Shown: piece after piece, positions 38,443 to 49,028 of the stretch
Position numbering within the stretch: position 1 is the first letter of the stretch
How the letters are laid out: the number at the start of each line of letters is the position of its first letter
Virus record (IMG/VR): IMGVR_UViG_3300030098_006079
Source of the DNA: a virus
Taxonomy: Duplodnaviria > Caudoviricetes
Direction: 5' to 3' (one strand)
Length of the DNA stretch: 64,000 nucleotides
The notes under the pieces: generated by a model
Told to the model about the DNA's origin: nothing
Databases searched by the model: none
Seen by the model: only the letters and a program-made list of their open reading frames with translations
Program-made: the position numbers and the translations under genes

Positions 38443-39523
38443 CGTCTTGTTCTAATATAGCTAATTCATCGAGTGACTTACCATAACGGTACTTTTCACT
38501 TATAGAAGATTCTAATTTAGGCAGCACATTACTCCACGTTTCTTCGTCATTGCGCCAATTTTTGTAATAACCTAATTTTTTCTCTCCCATACTATACGTC
38601 GAACCATTTTGTTGTATAATACCATGAGATACTGCAATATCTTTTAGACCAGAATATTTTTCTAGACCAGTCTTAAAATTAAGATATGCTTCTCCTTGCA
38701 AGAAAGCAGGTATAAATCTATTTTTTACTGTGAGCATTCGAAGAGTAACGCCAGAATAGTTACGACTTTCAGTTAATGCCTCGTCGTTTGTATTACCAGC
38801 ATCAGTTTTCTCTTTCTTAGCTGCCATTTGTACTAGTATAGACGCCATGTATACAGGCCCAGACCCACCAGCTTGTTGCTTAACTAAGGTAGGATGGAGT
38901 GCACCAGGGTCAGCGTACGTATGATTACTTGCAATTACAGTTGTACCAGTAACAGCTGCTTTATAAGTAATAATACGCATCATGGATTTAAGCTGCTTGG
39001 CTCTAAGCCCCATATCCATGGCGCCTTTATTAGCACCAGCATCGTTTATTTCCTTCTCCGACGCTAAATTACCGAGAGAGTCAATAGAAATAATGAACTT
39101 ACCATGTAGTTCGGGTTCTTTTTCTACTTCATCTAAGAACGCCATGATCTGGTTACGACAACTTTCTACTGTATCTACTGGAACATATTTTACATTAGAC
39201 GTATCAAGACCGACATTCTCAGCTCCCTCGTTTTCTACTGCTACCTCTGTATCAAAGATAACAGGTACCATGCCTTTGCGTTGAGCATGAGCTAAAATTT
39301 TATTTAAAATAAAGGTTTTACCACAACCAGAATCTCCTGCAAAAATAGTAATTCTACCTTTAGGTACTCCACCGTATAAGGAACCAGAAAGAATAGAATT
39401 TAACACTAAACAACCAGTATCAATCCATTCGGTTACATTACTGAGAGTATTTTTTTCTAAAGTAGTAGCGTTACTATTTAGTTTTTGCAGTTTAGCAAAT
39501 GCTTTATCAACGAGATTAGACAT
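38435..39523 (-). CDS. uvsX: RecA-like recombinase UvsX
   Basis: DTGCLVLN, AGDSGCGKT, FDTE, IDSLG, NHTY, GGSG. Confidence 0.93.
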   Translation of the reverse strand: MSNLVDKAFAKLQKLNSNATTLEKNTLSNVTEWIDTGCLVLNSILSGSLYGGVPKGRITIFAGDSGCGKTFILNKILAHAQRKGMVPVIFDTEVAVENEGAENVGLDTSNVKYVPVDTVESCRNQIMAFLDEVEKEPELHGKFIISIDSLGNLASEKEINDAGANKGAMDMGLRAKQLKSMMRIITYKAAVTGTTVIASNHTYADPGALHPTLVKQQAGGSGPVYMASILVQMAAKKEKTDAGNTNDEALTESRNYSGVTLRMLTVKNRFIPAFLQGEAYLNFKTGLEKYSGLKDIAVSHGIIQQNGSTYSMGEKKLGYYKNWRNDEETWSNVLPKLESSISEKYRYGKSLDELAILEQDDE

Positions 39524-39526
39524 GTA

Positions 39527-39865
39527 TTAATGATCTTCAAATAAAGTTACTTCTTCTTCCTTTACAGGCTCAGGATTTGGTTCTTCTTTCGTGTTAATCT
39601 TCGCATTATAATGCTCTAAGATTTTATCTGAAATCTTAACCTCAACATTTACAATTTGAGATTGCCTATATTCAAACACAGGATGTTCTCCGTCAGAAAA
39701 TTCCGTAAAAAATAAAGGCATAACATCTACCTTCATATTTGCTGCGTCGTTGGGCGTAACCATAATCATGGCTGGAGCCTTTACTTTTAATGTTTCGTCC
39801 GTTCTTGCGACAAGTTCTCCGAAACATGTCCTACCAATACTATCTACGTATGTAACTATATCCAT
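39527..39865 (-). CDS. Hypothetical protein
   Basis: 112 aa; own TTGCAA-N16-TATAAT promoter. Confidence 0.6.
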   Translation of the reverse strand: MDIVTYVDSIGRTCFGELVARTDETLKVKAPAMIMVTPNDAANMKVDVMPLFFTEFSDGEHPVFEYRQSQIVNVEVKISDKILEHYNAKINTKEEPNPEPVKEEEVTLFEDH

Positions 39866-39888
39866 GTAAGTATTATATATGTTAAAAA

Positions 39889-42546
39889 TTAATTTGCAAC
39901 TTCTATTTTAAAGAAATCAAATAAGTCTACGTTTACTGCTTCTCCTGGTCGAAAAGACTTCCATTTTACAGAGTCATAAAATCTATCAATCACACTATAT
40001 ACAATTTTTTCAAACATTTTTTCATAATCAATTTTGAAGTCTTTGTTAAACTCCTCAGGAAGGTCGTATTTAAAACCAAGGCTAGCTATACCAAACTTAT
40101 TCGGTGTAATTGTATAAAAGTATCTTATTTTGTCACCTGAGCCAATATACTCATTATTGTTAGCTATACCATAATGATCAAGTAATTTGTTATAATAAAT
40201 AGAAGATTTAACGTGTATAGGGGTTCCCTTTTTAACCTTCCAACCCTCAGAATCTATACTATATTTTTCGTAGTCCTTAACACCCATAACGAATGCAATA
40301 TCTTTTATAGGTAATGATTTGAATATATCATATGTCTCTTCAAACAGCTCGTTCGTTGAAGATTGGTTTTCTGACATAATCATATGTTCAATAATTTTCT
40401 TCACATAAGGTTTAATTGCGTTAGGCATAGTAGTTCTAACAACTTCTACTCCTGTATATTTGAACTTTTTGCATACTACACCTTCATCATCGAGTTTGTG
40501 TAATACGTATCTTTTCTTTTGTAAAAAGATACCCTTATCACATATCGACTCTCTTTTAAAGACAAATCTCGGATCTTTTGTAAGAAGAGTATCCCGTGCC
40601 CACTTTTCAATATTAACGTTTAAGTCGTCTTCTATATCTTGCACTAAATCATATACCTCCTGATTAATCTTATTGTTATTATGGAGCTCAATACCCATAT
40701 GTTTTAATAAAGGAGTTATAGTGCAGTATGAACTATCAGTATCGTTATAGATGATCGGGTCTTGTTTATCTAAATCTCTATCAGTTAACCCGGTTTTATT
40801 TTTTATATAATTACGCAAAATTACATTACTTTGCTTAATAACATCCCGGCCTGTAAGAGTTATTGATCGCGCAATATCTCCATCTCCCATTTGAGATATT
40901 TTATTTCCAAAGTAACCGTAAATACGATTGATTAAAATTTTCAGAGTAAATTGCCATATCCAAAGTTGATCAATTTTATACTTTGTTAATTTCATTTCCT
41001 CTTTTATCTTCTCTTGCGCGATAGGGTCAGTCTCTTTTTCTAAAGCAAGGGTTAATTGATGTAAATTCTCTCTTTCTACATTCCATTCCTCTTTCTTACC
41101 TCTTCTTATATCGTAGAAATGATCGGTTATTCTTGGAAATATACCTTTCGTTTTTTGTGAGAATAATTTTTTTGCTCGTGTTATTGCAATTTCATTTACA
41201 TCGCACCACTTACGAAAATCCTTATAGGTCATTTCTATATGCTTGTCATTAACAGTCTTGACATAAACTTTATCTTTATCTGTACCTATAATACTACCAA
41301 CTTTAGTTTCTGGGCTCAAGTTAAGAGTAACCATCACACTCGGGTATAGAGAGTTTGCATCAAAAGAAATTATGTTTTTTTGGAAACCTCTTTGAGGCTC
41401 TCCAACATATGCACCTTCGTATTTTTCTGTACGGTCATCCCCTTTAATAAAAGTAGGTATAACTCTAGGAGGATCTTGCTTTCGTGCTTCAACTATTGCT
41501 CGACCGTTAACAGTACTAATAGTACCTAGAGCAGCGTTAAATGGTGTTAAACCAACATATGAAAGCATACGAGCTAACTTCATGTACATTAGTTTCTCAT
41601 CAAGACGGACTAATAGTCTTACATCATGAATATTGTAATCAACAAATTTGTCCCAATTTTCTAATGATAGAGTAGCAAGATTAGTTTCTCCAATATCTAC
41701 CTTTTTCTCTCCTAATTCTATATGAGCTATATTATCAAGTTTATAACTATCTCTCATACCCATACTAAATGTTTTGTATACATCGAGATAATCTAACATT
41801 GATACACCTTCAACTACATATTTCGTAGCCTGCTTACCAAAATTACCTCGGTATATTCTCTGATAAATAGGCTTCATTATTTCATCATGTACAGGAGAAA
41901 AAAGCCGTGTCGCATCTTCTCCTAAAATATTTCTCACACGATTAATAACATACGGAATATCAAACAACTCACTATTCCATCCTGATAATATATCAGGACG
42001 ATCATTACAGTAATGATCTAAGAACTTTTGTAGTAGTTCGGTTTCATTTCTGCAATGATAGTAAATAACATCATCTGTTTTTGGAGTGTATGGTTGTATG
42101 CCCCAAGTATAATATGTTTCCTTCTCTGTGTCATATATAGTGATTACATTAATCATATGACTAGCTTCTTCAGGTTTAGGAAACTCGTCTGGGGAGTAGG
42201 TCTCAATATCAAAGAACCATATTTTAAGAGGAAATTTGCTAAAGTCTGTATCCTCATTAACCTGCCAAAACCTATCTACAAGGAATTGTTGGTATGGGGA
42301 AATGTTCTCATATATCTTTTGTTCGTTGAGGTCTTCTATCTTTTTTCTACGATCTAACTCACTTGTACCAATTACTTTACGTAGTTTAGTACCATACAAA
42401 GAAACCGCGTCATATCGTTTAGAAACGGTTTCATAATAGAAATAAGGTTGATATGGAACATCAGTTTCGATCCGTACTCCATCGTCATCCCAAGTGTAGA
42501 GCCGCATCACGCGTTGATTAGGTATGTAAGCAAGATTCCTATACAC
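39889..42546 (-). CDS. gp43: Family B DNA polymerase gp43
   Basis: FDIET, SGWNSELFD, YKLD, SFDANSLYPS, KILINRIYG, YNDTDS, KKRY; GTG start. Confidence 0.97.
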   Translation of the reverse strand: MYRNLAYIPNQRVMRLYTWDDDGVRIETDVPYQPYFYYETVSKRYDAVSLYGTKLRKVIGTSELDRRKKIEDLNEQKIYENISPYQQFLVDRFWQVNEDTDFSKFPLKIWFFDIETYSPDEFPKPEEASHMINVITIYDTEKETYYTWGIQPYTPKTDDVIYYHCRNETELLQKFLDHYCNDRPDILSGWNSELFDIPYVINRVRNILGEDATRLFSPVHDEIMKPIYQRIYRGNFGKQATKYVVEGVSMLDYLDVYKTFSMGMRDSYKLDNIAHIELGEKKVDIGETNLATLSLENWDKFVDYNIHDVRLLVRLDEKLMYMKLARMLSYVGLTPFNAALGTISTVNGRAIVEARKQDPPRVIPTFIKGDDRTEKYEGAYVGEPQRGFQKNIISFDANSLYPSVMVTLNLSPETKVGSIIGTDKDKVYVKTVNDKHIEMTYKDFRKWCDVNEIAITRAKKLFSQKTKGIFPRITDHFYDIRRGKKEEWNVERENLHQLTLALEKETDPIAQEKIKEEMKLTKYKIDQLWIWQFTLKILINRIYGYFGNKISQMGDGDIARSITLTGRDVIKQSNVILRNYIKNKTGLTDRDLDKQDPIIYNDTDSSYCTITPLLKHMGIELHNNNKINQEVYDLVQDIEDDLNVNIEKWARDTLLTKDPRFVFKRESICDKGIFLQKKRYVLHKLDDEGVVCKKFKYTGVEVVRTTMPNAIKPYVKKIIEHMIMSENQSSTNELFEETYDIFKSLPIKDIAFVMGVKDYEKYSIDSEGWKVKKGTPIHVKSSIYYNKLLDHYGIANNNEYIGSGDKIRYFYTITPNKFGIASLGFKYDLPEEFNKDFKIDYEKMFEKIVYSVIDRFYDSVKWKSFRPGEAVNVDLFDFFKIEVAN

Positions 42547-42553
42547 AGAAGAA

Positions 42554-42582
42554 AGTATAGGGTATTTTCATGAATTAATCAA
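42554..42582 (-). promoter_or_regulatory. Sigma70-like promoter of gp43 (TTGATT-N17-TATACT)
   Basis: 7 nt upstream of the GTG start. Confidence 0.55.
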
Positions 42583-43826
42583 CTAATACCATTTTGGAGA
42601 TTTAATAATTTGCGCTCTGGAGCGGCATATGAGTATGAATAAAGCTCTTTGTAATAATCAATATTATCTTCCATCCATCTTTTATTCATATACTCTCGAG
42701 CTCTTTTACATTCTTTGACATATTTTTTATGGTCTTGAGTTAGGTATTTTATTTTATCGATCAAGTCATCTCCAGTTTTAAATTTATGAAAAGCATTCTT
42801 ATAAGTTTCCTGATCCTGACAAATAGACGGGATACCATAAGCACATGCCTCAATAAATTTTAAATCACTTTTTGCGTTATTAAAATTGCTATCCTCAAGA
42901 GGAGCGTAAAATAATGTTGCGTTTAAAGTACTAACAAATCGAGGGTAATCTACTAAAGTAGACCATTCATGAAATTCAATCTTGCCAGCTTTAATTAAAT
43001 CTCTCAATGATAGTGGAAACCCACCAACAAACACCCATTGTATGTCGTCGACAGATTTACGGATTGCATCAATAACATGATAGAAATCATCTTTTTGTTT
43101 TATTCTGTTTTCTATATCAAAATGTGCACCACTACCACAATAAACCACTCGCGGCTTTCTTTTATTTTTTTGATAATTTTCTTTTATTTCATTTAAATTA
43201 TAGTATCGGTCCATCCAAAAACGTGGAATAAAATTAGGTATAACTGTTATGTGTTTATTACCAGTTTTCTCCGTGTAGTATTGTTTCATGAAATTATTTG
43301 TTACTGTGATCTCATCACACAGCTGCATAATTTCCATACTAGTTCTTCTTATCTCTGGGTCTTCAAACGCAAATCTAAATTTATTGTAATGAGGGATATC
43401 CTCTTTGAATATTAAATCGTCAATTTCATATATTATATTAAAACCAAATTCTTTTTTTACCTCAGATAACCATTGTATATATTTTAACTGTTGATCTGTA
43501 GCTTGTCTTTGTATCCTGACTGTTTTTAAACCTTTATAAAAGTTTTTATCTCCAATCATTACAGTACCGCCTTGTACATTTGCTTTACCATAACAATTCA
43601 ACAATAGTTCTGGCCAAATCATTCTCCAATGACCACACCCAGAATAGTCAGCGTAGAAATTTACACCGCGAGGTAGATCTGGAGTTTCATGACCCGTCTT
43701 TTTTAATGTATCTTTATAATTTAACCTGTTTATGTTATGTAAAGCATTTCCTGGGGTTGTAGGAGTAGGTATTACTGGTGAAGTAAACGGTAATCTTTGC
43801 GTTGTGTTATTAAACGGAGTAAGCAT
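42579..43826 (-). CDS. Glycosyltransferase (GT-B-like)
   Basis: ADYSGCGHWRMIWP, IYEIDD, ITVT, VIPN, APLEDSNFNNAKSDLKFIE. Confidence 0.8.
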   Translation of the reverse strand: MLTPFNNTTQRLPFTSPVIPTPTTPGNALHNINRLNYKDTLKKTGHETPDLPRGVNFYADYSGCGHWRMIWPELLLNCYGKANVQGGTVMIGDKNFYKGLKTVRIQRQATDQQLKYIQWLSEVKKEFGFNIIYEIDDLIFKEDIPHYNKFRFAFEDPEIRRTSMEIMQLCDEITVTNNFMKQYYTEKTGNKHITVIPNFIPRFWMDRYYNLNEIKENYQKNKRKPRVVYCGSGAHFDIENRIKQKDDFYHVIDAIRKSVDDIQWVFVGGFPLSLRDLIKAGKIEFHEWSTLVDYPRFVSTLNATLFYAPLEDSNFNNAKSDLKFIEACAYGIPSICQDQETYKNAFHKFKTGDDLIDKIKYLTQDHKKYVKECKRAREYMNKRWMEDNIDYYKELYSYSYAAPERKLLNLQNGIS

Positions 43827-43848
43827 CTACATTAAAAATTTATTATAA

Positions 43849-45666
43849 CTATTGGGATAAATCAACTTTTTTAGTTATACCGTTCCGCTTTTCTAGCATA
43901 ATTACATCCCCTGTTGCCGCTTTAACAGATTCTTTACGATGAGAAATAATATAGATAGATTCTTTATAAGTATCGACTCTTTCTTTTATTATGTTTAATA
44001 CCAATTCAACCCCCTTTTCATCTAACGAACTATCTAACAATTCGTCAAACATAACTAAATTATATGCGACATCTCCCTGTAGTCTTCTCATATCCATAAA
44101 CGTAAATAATATCGCTAAGTCAATATTTTTTCGTTCAGCACCAGAAAAATTAAAGTAACTACATTTTTCCCCCTTTTCATTTACAATTTCTTCTTCGAAG
44201 AATTCATTAAACCTACAAACACAGTTTGCATCCATTTCATTTAAATAATAAACTAATCTATTATTAAGTACATCGAGAATTTTCTTTACAATGAATGATT
44301 TAACTCCTTCTTCTGATAAGATATATTTTACTATTTGTAATATCTCTAATTGCTTGTGAATCTCGTTTGTATCTTTTTCTAGCTCTTCTACCTCTTTTAG
44401 TTTAGTAACAATTTTGTTATCTAAATCTTGTAACTCAATACTTGATTCTTTACTCTTTAATTCTTGCTGATCTTTACAATTTGTCTCTAACTCTTTAGTT
44501 AAGTTATCAATATAACTTTTAGTTAATTTATTATTATTGTTAGTAGTCTTTATATTAGAGATATATTCTTTTATTTTTTCCTGTGCTGTTTTATTATCTT
44601 TCTTTATACTATTAATACTATTAATTTGAAGTTTTAAGCTTTCAATATCATCATTACAATTATTAATCTCTTGTTTAATATTGCTTTTTTCTCGCTCAAT
44701 ATGATCTCTGTCATTACTTGTTATATCATGCAAACAAACAGGGCATACATCTTCTTTAGTACCAATATTATTAAGTTTTTTAGTATGAAAATCTATCTCT
44801 GTTTCATGCCTCGTAATTTTTGTTTTAATATCAGATAATTGCGTAGATATATCAGAAAGCTTTTCTTCAATTTGATTATATTTTGTTCTACTCTTTTCAT
44901 ATAATTCTTTATTAATAGGTTTAATTTTGAGTTTATTACTCTCAATATCTTCTTTTAATATTTTAATTCTATTGTTAATCTTATCTTTTTGCTCAGCTAT
45001 ATTAGATAAGAAATTATCTTTTTGATCGGTTAAAAGCTTATATATGTTACTAGCATGATCATAATCTTTATTAGCACCTTCGTAATTTTTTTGAACCTCG
45101 TTATGCTCAGCGCGGGCTTTTAGTAACATCTCAGAAAAGATTTCTAAATTAAGAATACCCTCTATAAATTTTCTCTTTTCTACTTTTCTTTGTGCCATGA
45201 AAGGTAGAGTCGTATTCAATGACATAATGACACAATTTTGAAAAACTTCAGGAGAACAGTTAAGTAAACTTTTTATTTGTTTGTTTGTGTTAGGTATTGT
45301 GCTCTCTGTCATATCAACCCCTTCGATAAACAAATAACATTTTGTTGGTTTTAGCTTACGAACAATTTTGTAATTTTTTATTTCATTATTTTCGTTAATT
45401 GAAAAGTCTAACTGTATAACTGTGTCTTTTTTATTAATAGAATTAACAATAAAATCTTTTGACAACTCTCTAATTGTTTCTCCGAAAATAGCGAAATGTA
45501 TAGCATCCGCTATAGTAGACTTACCTACTCCATTTCTTCTGTCCTCCTTATCTTTGTTGATACCTGTTATAATATTAAGGCCTTGTTTGAAGTCTATAGA
45601 GACTTCTTCATTACCTACAGATAAAAAGTTTCTTATTGTTACAGAATTAAAATTTATATACTTCAT
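43849..45666 (-). CDS. gp46: Recombination ATPase gp46 (SbcC/Rad50)
   Basis: NGVGKS, CxxC hook (CPVC), FSGAE, MFDE, ISH. Confidence 0.95.
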   Translation of the reverse strand: MKYINFNSVTIRNFLSVGNEEVSIDFKQGLNIITGINKDKEDRRNGVGKSTIADAIHFAIFGETIRELSKDFIVNSINKKDTVIQLDFSINENNEIKNYKIVRKLKPTKCYLFIEGVDMTESTIPNTNKQIKSLLNCSPEVFQNCVIMSLNTTLPFMAQRKVEKRKFIEGILNLEIFSEMLLKARAEHNEVQKNYEGANKDYDHASNIYKLLTDQKDNFLSNIAEQKDKINNRIKILKEDIESNKLKIKPINKELYEKSRTKYNQIEEKLSDISTQLSDIKTKITRHETEIDFHTKKLNNIGTKEDVCPVCLHDITSNDRDHIEREKSNIKQEINNCNDDIESLKLQINSINSIKKDNKTAQEKIKEYISNIKTTNNNNKLTKSYIDNLTKELETNCKDQQELKSKESSIELQDLDNKIVTKLKEVEELEKDTNEIHKQLEILQIVKYILSEEGVKSFIVKKILDVLNNRLVYYLNEMDANCVCRFNEFFEEEIVNEKGEKCSYFNFSGAERKNIDLAILFTFMDMRRLQGDVAYNLVMFDELLDSSLDEKGVELVLNIIKERVDTYKESIYIISHRKESVKAATGDVIMLEKRNGITKKVDLSQ

Positions 45667-46709
45667 ACAAACTGATTATACAAACTTATCGTTTTGTTTA
45701 TTACATCGTATTTGTTTTCAACATCCAACGATTCTATATATTCTACTATACATTGTTTAATATTCAAATCTCCGAACTCATTAGTTAGTTCTATATTATC
45801 CCCAATATTAAATTTATGTAGATAGTCAGTTACAAATGAAAAAGGGGCTTCATAATTTATAGCAGAAATAATTTTATTGAGGGATGTACTTTTTATTTCT
45901 TGATCGATAACAACTTTTATAGCTAGCTTCGACCACCCTTTATTTTTAGCAATTGTTTTTAATTTTTCTAAATCAGTAAAATTAACTTTTACATGTATAG
46001 GGGAAATATTATTTTCATAAAAATCATATGTAATATTAGTTGAATCAAAATTTAAAACATAATAACCTTTTTGGTCATTAATATCATTAAAATCCATTTC
46101 AAAAGGATTACCAACATAAACGATTTTTCCTTCGTTATAATATCTTTGCTGTCTTTTATGAAAGTGACCAGAAAATATTAACTTACTCTTTTTAAGTACA
46201 TCTGCTGACGTCATACCAACTTCACATACTTTAAAAGAATTAAAATTAAAGTTTTGTAATTCAAAGTGACCTACAATTAAGTCACAATTTTCCGGTATTT
46301 CTTCCAGCTGGGTACCCCACGGACAAAAACCAATCTTTTTTCCATGTAATTCATATACAGTAGGTTGGTCAAATATTTTTATATTAGGGCGATTACTGAG
46401 TATAGATAAAGAATGTATTGAGGAATTATCCTTATAAAACGCATCATGATTTCCCGGTATCATTAAGATTTCGAAATCATTAAATAAATCTAATAATGTG
46501 TTTGCGAAATATAAACTCTTTACATTTATCTCATCACGATAATGAAACAAATCACCACCGAAAATTATTTTAGTAATTTGTTTTTCTCTTAATTGACTGG
46601 TATACCACTCTGCCCATTTATAAGTCACATCATGCCATTTTTCGCTATTTTGATGTACCCCTATATGCAGATCAGAAAAGAAACCTACTTTGTAATTTTC
46701 ATCACCCAT
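45663..46709 (-). CDS. gp47: Recombination nuclease gp47 (SbcD/Mre11)
   Basis: SDLH, GDLF, GNHD, GHFE, SGHFH, YVGNP. Confidence 0.95.
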   Translation of the reverse strand: MGDENYKVGFFSDLHIGVHQNSEKWHDVTYKWAEWYTSQLREKQITKIIFGGDLFHYRDEINVKSLYFANTLLDLFNDFEILMIPGNHDAFYKDNSSIHSLSILSNRPNIKIFDQPTVYELHGKKIGFCPWGTQLEEIPENCDLIVGHFELQNFNFNSFKVCEVGMTSADVLKKSKLIFSGHFHKRQQRYYNEGKIVYVGNPFEMDFNDINDQKGYYVLNFDSTNITYDFYENNISPIHVKVNFTDLEKLKTIAKNKGWSKLAIKVVIDQEIKSTSLNKIISAINYEAPFSFVTDYLHKFNIGDNIELTNEFGDLNIKQCIVEYIESLDVENKYDVINKTISLYNQFV

Positions 46710-47140
46710 TAATAATAAAGTTCTTTATCGTAGTCTTTTTTCGGTGGATTAATTTTCTCATCTTGCGCCATGTTACCATAAACTTGTTCTTGATAATCAT
46801 TAATCGTGTCTCTGTATTTCTTTTCCTTTTTTATTCTATTAATGAAAGCATGATAAGCAATTGTTGTAAAATATGAGAAAGGGTTTGATGTAGACTCAAG
46901 ATTAAACTTTTTATTCTTTACAGCTGCAATCATCTTTACAACTGCATCTCCAATCATTTCATCTTTGTAACTGTAATTAATAAAGTTCGGCGAGTAACTT
47001 AAACCAACAGCGATTTTGTATGTCGACTCTGCTAATTCATCTACAAAATCATCTGTTTCATAATAGTCTTTTAATAACTGTAAGAATTCTTTAGGACTTA
47101 CGTAATATGCCTTTTTAGTTTTTTTCTTTTTAGCTTTCAT
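46709..47140 (-). CDS. gp55: Late sigma factor gp55
   Basis: YYVSPKEF, NFINYSYKDEMIGDA, NPFSYFTTIAYHAFINRIKKEKK. Confidence 0.9.
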   Translation of the reverse strand: MKAKKKKTKKAYYVSPKEFLQLLKDYYETDDFVDELAESTYKIAVGLSYSPNFINYSYKDEMIGDAVVKMIAAVKNKKFNLESTSNPFSYFTTIAYHAFINRIKKEKKYRDTINDYQEQVYGNMAQDEKINPPKKDYDKELYY

Positions 47141-48563
47141 TATAACTTGTAAATTTGTATTTTATATTTTCGTTTTTATATAAACTCAATCTCTCCTCCA
47201 TATGCCGCTGACCGTATCTCAAATTGTCAGCAATATCAAAGATTATAAGCTCTTTTTTATCGGTATGCAACCGTAAGCCTCTACCGATACTTTGAACAAT
47301 TTTAATTTTCGCTTTTCCACCACCAGCAAAAATAATATAATGTAAATTTTTAATATTAATACCTGTAGAGAATATTTTAGAAATAGCTACGACAACTATA
47401 TTCTTTTTCTTCTCCATTAATTCTTGTATTCTTTTTCTTTCGTCTGTCTCAACGCTGCCTTGTATAAAATATACTTCTTTTGTTTCACATATACTTGTTA
47501 ATGCCGTAGTGAGTAGCTCTCCATGTTCAATATAGTCGACGAGTATAAGTGCATTATTACTGAGCTTGTCACATAATTTGGATATAAGATTATTTCTATA
47601 AAAACTACTTCTTATAAACTCATTCTCTTGTAAATAAAATGCATTACTATTATTACCGTGATAAATTTGATTGGTTGGGGTACTGTAATTTATTTCTAGC
47701 ACGTGTACTTTTGCAGGTGTTACATATTTTTCATCTCGCAACTCATGTGCCATTTTTTCATATAAACGTGGCCCAATTTTACCAAATATATTCCATGTAT
47801 CTAGATTATCAGGAGGTAATGTTCCAGTAAACCCAAATCTATTATTAGTTTTAACACTTGTTAATATTTTGTTTACTTTATTACCTCTTCGAAGTTTATG
47901 TACTTCATCAATTATTAATATATCTATATGCTCAATCCATGATATATCTTGCTTTGAACTTTGTAAGATACCTAGATTAGCAACAATAACATTATTTGAT
48001 AGATCCAGTTCGTCTTTACCCGTCCACTTCGCAGTAGTAAAAGATGTTTTATATTCTGTGAAGTCTCCTTTTGTTTGATTTACTAGACCTAAATCTGGAA
48101 CGATAATTAAGCATTTAAAATTCTTACTAAAATTTTGATAATAATATTCTAGTAACCCAGCCATAGTAAGAGTTTTACCGCCTGCAGTAGCTAATACAAC
48201 CGTGCCTCTACCTGCATCAATACATTTGTTAATAATTTCTTGCTGATAGTTTCTTAATGTAAGTGCTAAACTATAATTATTAATTTTATGTTTACGTAAA
48301 GATGGTAACAATACAGAGGATACCTTTTCTTTTAAATTGTATACAATTTTTTTCTCCGTACAAAATTTTATTACCTCGAAAATTAAACCTATATCTATTT
48401 TACCTTGATTAGTAATTACGTACGTACGCGCTGGGACAAACCTACCCATACGTCTTTGAAAATGAGCTGCTTCGTTTTTTACGCTGAAGTGCTCTCTTAT
48501 TATGTCTAATTCTGGACCGTCAATTATTGCTTGAGAGTTAGAATGATAATTAATATTAATCAT
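47130..48563 (-). CDS. uvsW: UvsW helicase
   Basis: LRNYQ, ATAGGKT, IDEVH, GFTGT, FSTGINI, QSIGRGLR. Confidence 0.93.
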   Translation of the reverse strand: MININYHSNSQAIIDGPELDIIREHFSVKNEAAHFQRRMGRFVPARTYVITNQGKIDIGLIFEVIKFCTEKKIVYNLKEKVSSVLLPSLRKHKINNYSLALTLRNYQQEIINKCIDAGRGTVVLATAGGKTLTMAGLLEYYYQNFSKNFKCLIIVPDLGLVNQTKGDFTEYKTSFTTAKWTGKDELDLSNNVIVANLGILQSSKQDISWIEHIDILIIDEVHKLRRGNKVNKILTSVKTNNRFGFTGTLPPDNLDTWNIFGKIGPRLYEKMAHELRDEKYVTPAKVHVLEINYSTPTNQIYHGNNSNAFYLQENEFIRSSFYRNNLISKLCDKLSNNALILVDYIEHGELLTTALTSICETKEVYFIQGSVETDERKRIQELMEKKKNIVVVAISKIFSTGINIKNLHYIIFAGGGKAKIKIVQSIGRGLRLHTDKKELIIFDIADNLRYGQRHMEERLSLYKNENIKYKFTSYNES

Positions 48564-48964
48564 TGCATTTCTAGTTTCATTAACTCAACAAGATTCTTAA
48601 TATCGTTTGTCGCGAAACTTATATTTTTATAAATGTTTTCAACATGCTGAATTATTAGTAATTCATTATTAATTTTTTCATCTATAGTTCTGATCTCTTT
48701 TTTTCTTAATACAGCTTTTTCCGCAATAGACTTATTTACCATTACAGGTTGTGTAGCTTGATATTCTTCAATTTTTTCTTCTAAGAGAGAGAAGCGAAGA
48801 TTTTTGTACTTATTGAGTTTAATTTTATGATTTATAAGACGGGCAGACCATTTATGTTTATTATTAACTAATTTCTCTTGTACGTCTGTAACATTAAGCC
48901 TATCGATATTAGTATCAATACTAGATTCTAGAGTATACTGCTCAATGATCTCATCAATATTCAT
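48560..48964 (-). CDS. uvsY: Recombination mediator UvsY
   Basis: 134 aa helical protein adjacent to uvsW; HKW..RL pattern. Confidence 0.65.
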   Translation of the reverse strand: MNIDEIIEQYTLESSIDTNIDRLNVTDVQEKLVNNKHKWSARLINHKIKLNKYKNLRFSLLEEKIEEYQATQPVMVNKSIAEKAVLRKKEIRTIDEKINNELLIIQHVENIYKNISFATNDIKNLVELMKLEMQ

Positions 48965-49028
48965 ATATTTATTCTAGTGACTTTTTACAAAAATCAACTA
49001 ATTAATCTTAGAGAAATAAATAATTATA

